Positions 60,749 to 64,000 of a stretch of 64,000 nucleotides of DNA are shown here, one piece after another. Source of the DNA: Anthoceros angustus (taxonomy: Eukaryota; Plantae; Anthocerotophyta); contig VJWM01000118.1 of the NCBI GenBank assembly GCA_010909165.1, forward strand, positions 248,001 to 312,000, read 5' to 3'. The position numbers and the translations under genes were made by a program. Numbering within the stretch: the first letter of the stretch is position 1; the number at the start of each line of letters is the position of its first letter. The notes beneath the pieces were generated by a model that was not told the origin of the DNA, searched no databases, and saw nothing but the letters and a program-made list of their open reading frames with translations.

Positions 60749-63700
60749 TGTGGGCTATGCACTCGGGAGTTAAGAAATAAGTAGGGTTTCGCTTTTTTAG
60801 GATTGAAGGATAAATAAGGCGGAAAAGGAGGAATAAATTGGGGTAGCGCCGGACGAGGCTCGAGTATACTCCGACTGGAGTGAACAACGGACCCCTGTAC
60901 CACTATGGCAAGCTCCGGACTACGCCGAGTAACGGATAAGTCCGAACCCACCCAGTGTCAAAATAGGATAAGTACGCCAAAGTAACCTAGGAGCGAGGCG
61001 TGAGGATGACGAGGCGCCACGTGGACGGCCCCGAGTGGAGGTCGGGCATGCAGAGGTCAGACCGTAACCTTGCGAGGCCGTTATAGCGGTATTCACGCCC
61101 GCGGCGCGCGTAAGGCCGCAGTAAGCGGGTCGAGTAAGCCATGCACTCGCGCTACGGACAACGAAGAGGCGCCTTCCGCAGCCATTTCCACAAGCGCGCC
61201 AAGGAGGGAGGTCATTTCCGCGCAGCCTCCGCAATCCTCACCTTGCGCCCGCAATCCGGCTCTGGCGCTATCTTTTGGGCGCCGCCCAGAGCGCGCATCA
61301 CAAGGTTGGAGCAACGAACGCGGAGGAACATCGTGCGCCGACTCGCCAGCCACAAAGAACAAGAGAGGAGGAGAAAGCAATGGCACCCAAAAGCCGACGG
61401 TTCTGGGAGCCATGGACCTCGTGGAGCGCAACATTGTGACCCGCTATCCGGACTTCGGGCCCCGGGCCGGAGGAAGCAGGGGAATTGGTGCAGAGTGGCA
61501 TCCGGACGTGTTCCAAATGGTCTCGACCTTTGACAACGCTACCTAGTCCGGAGTTTGCCCGAAGATCTTGGCGGCGATCAACAAGGAGGTCCGATCCAAG
61601 AACCTCCGGAGGACCCGAGGCGATGGACCTTGAGGTCCCGAGGATGGCCTACAACCGCTCAAGGAGGAAGAAGGGGCGTGAGGCGGGGCGGCGCCACGTG
61701 GGCCACAGTGGAGGTCGGGCATGCGGTGAGCCGGGGCCGTAACCTTGCGAGGCCGTTATAGCGGTATTCACGCCCGCGGCCGCGGCGTAAGGCAGTGGAG
61801 CGTGGGGTCGATGCCATGGACCCACAGCGATTCTGGACAGGCGCCTTCCGTGATTACTTCCTGGCCAAGGAGGGAGGTCATTTGCTGCAGACCTCAGACA
61901 ATCCTCACGGTCCCTTGCGCTCCGCAATCCGGCTCTGGCTCTTTTGGGCGCCCAGTCGGCTTAGGCGTGGCGCCCGTCGAGGTTGCAGCGGCGAAGGAGG
62001 AACATCGTGCCCGGACTCGGCCCGGCTCTGACAAGAGGAGGAGAAAGCAATGGCACCCAAAAGCCGGATGAGCCATGGACCCTCGTGGGCGCAACATTGT
62101 GACCCGCGCTATCCGGACTTGGCCTGGGCGGAGGCGATTGGTGCGGGAGTGGCATCTGGGCGTGTTCCAAATGGTGGACCTTTGACAACGTCACTCTAGT
62201 CCGGAGTTTGCGGAAGATCTTGGCGATCAACAAGGAGGTCCGATCCAAGAACCTCGGGAGGACCGGGCGATGGACCTTGGAGGTCCCGAGGATGGCCTAC
62301 AACCGCCCAAGGAGGAAGAAGGGGCGTGAGGCGGGGCGGCGCCACGTGGGCCACAGTGGAGGTCGGGCATGCGGTGAGCCGGGGCCGTAACCTTGCGAGG
62401 CCGTTATAGCGGTATTCACGCCCGCGGCCGCGGCGTAAGGCAGTGGAGCGTGGGGGTCGATGCCATGGACCCACAGCGATTCTGGACAGGCGCCTTCCGT
62501 GATTACTTCCTGGCCAAGGAGGGAGGTCATTTGCTGCAGACCTCAGACAATCCTCACGGTCCCTTGCGCTCCGCAATCCGGCTCTGGCTCTTTTGGGCGC
62601 CCAGTCGGCTTAGGCGTGGCGCCCGTCGAGGTTGCAGCGGCGAAGGAGGAACATCGTGCCCGGACTCGGCCCGGCTCTGACAAGAGGAGGAGAAAGCAAT
62701 GGCACCCAAAAGCCGGATGAGCCATGGACCCTCGTGGGCGCAACATTGTGACCCGCGCTATCCGGACTTGGCCTGGGCGGAGGCGATTGGTGCGGGAGTG
62801 GCATCTGGGCGTGTTCCAAATGGTGGACCTTTGACAACGTCACTCTAGTCCGGAGTTTGCGGAAGATCTTGGCGATCAACAAGGAGGTCCGATCCAAGAA
62901 CCTCGGGAGGACCGGGCGATGGACCTTGGAGGTCCCGAGGATGGCCTAGCCAGAAGGAGGAAGAAGGGGCGTGGTGCAGCCCCTTAAGGCGAAGGGAAGA
63001 TAGGGCCGACCCAGGGCCTCGAGGCACGCAGCGGACAACCAACGGATGGTTGATATCCGATCCGGATACGAGTAAGGGCGGTAGCCGGATCATTGTCCAT
63101 TGAACGCCACCAAGGTGGATCACCTTGGTGATAACCGCTGGTATTCTCGCATGCGCCAATGGGAAGAGAGCGACTGGGAAGGATTATCTTCGGTTCAGAG
63201 GCACGCAAGCTAAGGAGCGAAGCCTCGCCATCGGGGCCATACACGATTCATGTATGGGGACATTTCGAGCTCTGAAGGAGGGAGAGCTTGAGCGCCCGAA
63301 GGCCGGAGGCCCGCCAAGTAGAGCGTGCAAGGGCGCCGAGGTGGGGGTCGCCCTTCAAGACCAAGCGGACTCGGGAGGAGGACGATCGAGGATTCCGGAC
63401 TCCATACGCGAGCGAACCCCTCACCACCTGTGGAAGTTTGGGAGGCGATTCCCCTTCCCTCCTTTTGGTGCCCCTCGGGAGGAGGCAAGAGGTCAAGAGG
63501 CGGTGGGAGGCGTTGGCGGCTCGGCACCGGCAGACAATGACAACCACGGCCGGGCTGCGAGCCCCACGAACTCGGGGAGCCGATGCCGGAGGGGCGCTGG
63601 CGCACCGGCTGCAACAGCCAACAACCACGACGCCGAGCCCGACGAACGCGGAGCAAGAGGCGGAAGACGGTGCCGCTTACCAACGCAAAGACCTCGAAGG

Positions 63701-64000
63701 TGCCGACTTACCCCCGCCACGGAGTGGCAAGAGGTCAAGAGGCGTAAGGAGGGCAGAAGGGACGTGGCCCAGGAGGTCACCGGCAGCCCACCTCGAGCCG
63801 TCCTGCCCCCGATGTGAAGGGGCAAAAGAGCTTGCTCCCGACCCCTCACCTCCTCCGAGCCCTGTGAGAAAGAGGGCACAAAGGAGTTAGAGGCCAAGAG
63901 GGCCAAGAGGGTGAGACTCGGACCTCACCACTGTGACCGAGGGTCCCGATTAGGTCCGAGAACCCACCGACTCTCGGATCGGTATGGAGGTCCTCGGATC
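60749..64000 (+). repeat. Element D 3' LTR (partial), with a triplicated ~650-bp segment
   Basis: Collinear with 49360-51215 apart from extra copies at ~61675-62972. Confidence 0.9.

Larger units (their letters stand above)
49360..64000 (+). mobile_element. Element D: Athila-like giant-LTR element, running past the window end
   Basis: 5' LTR, PBS, gag-pol, PPT and partial 3' LTR; closely related to C. Confidence 0.92.

Overview
Eukaryotic, plant-type, repeat-rich window with no intact host gene. Bases 1-4922 are a ~2.06-kb tandem array whose unit carries an (ATTT)n microsatellite and a frameshifted RING-H2 gene remnant. A TA-flanked MITE (5057-5404) and a 33-34-bp minisatellite follow. From 7.4 kb onward the window is a nest of Ty3/Gypsy LTR retrotransposons. 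A chromovirus-like element (short LTRs at 7442-7815 and 48557-48965, iMet PBS) is bracketed by an unusual ~86-bp direct duplication. It is interrupted in RT by a solo-LTR-like element (A), into which two full-length minus-strand elements with TSDs have inserted: B at 12327-26819 and C at 27454-41501. A fourth relative, D, runs on the + strand from ~49360 past the window end. A-D form an Athila-like family (TGTGG...CCACA termini; in B-D a tRNA-Asp-like PBS and PR-RT-RH-INT order with no extra RNase H seen) with giant 3.7-5.5-kb LTRs. The PPT sits only ~25-40 bp after the integrase stop, so a ~2.7-3-kb sense ORF resembling the Athila accessory ORF lies inside U3 and is copied into both LTRs. This protein-coding-LTR architecture, shared by four divergent subfamilies, is the main candidate novel system. 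Dense small indels and garbled stretches suggest consensus errors, so decay, ORF limits and some duplications need read-level checks. All family assignments come from motif recognition by eye; no database search was run.
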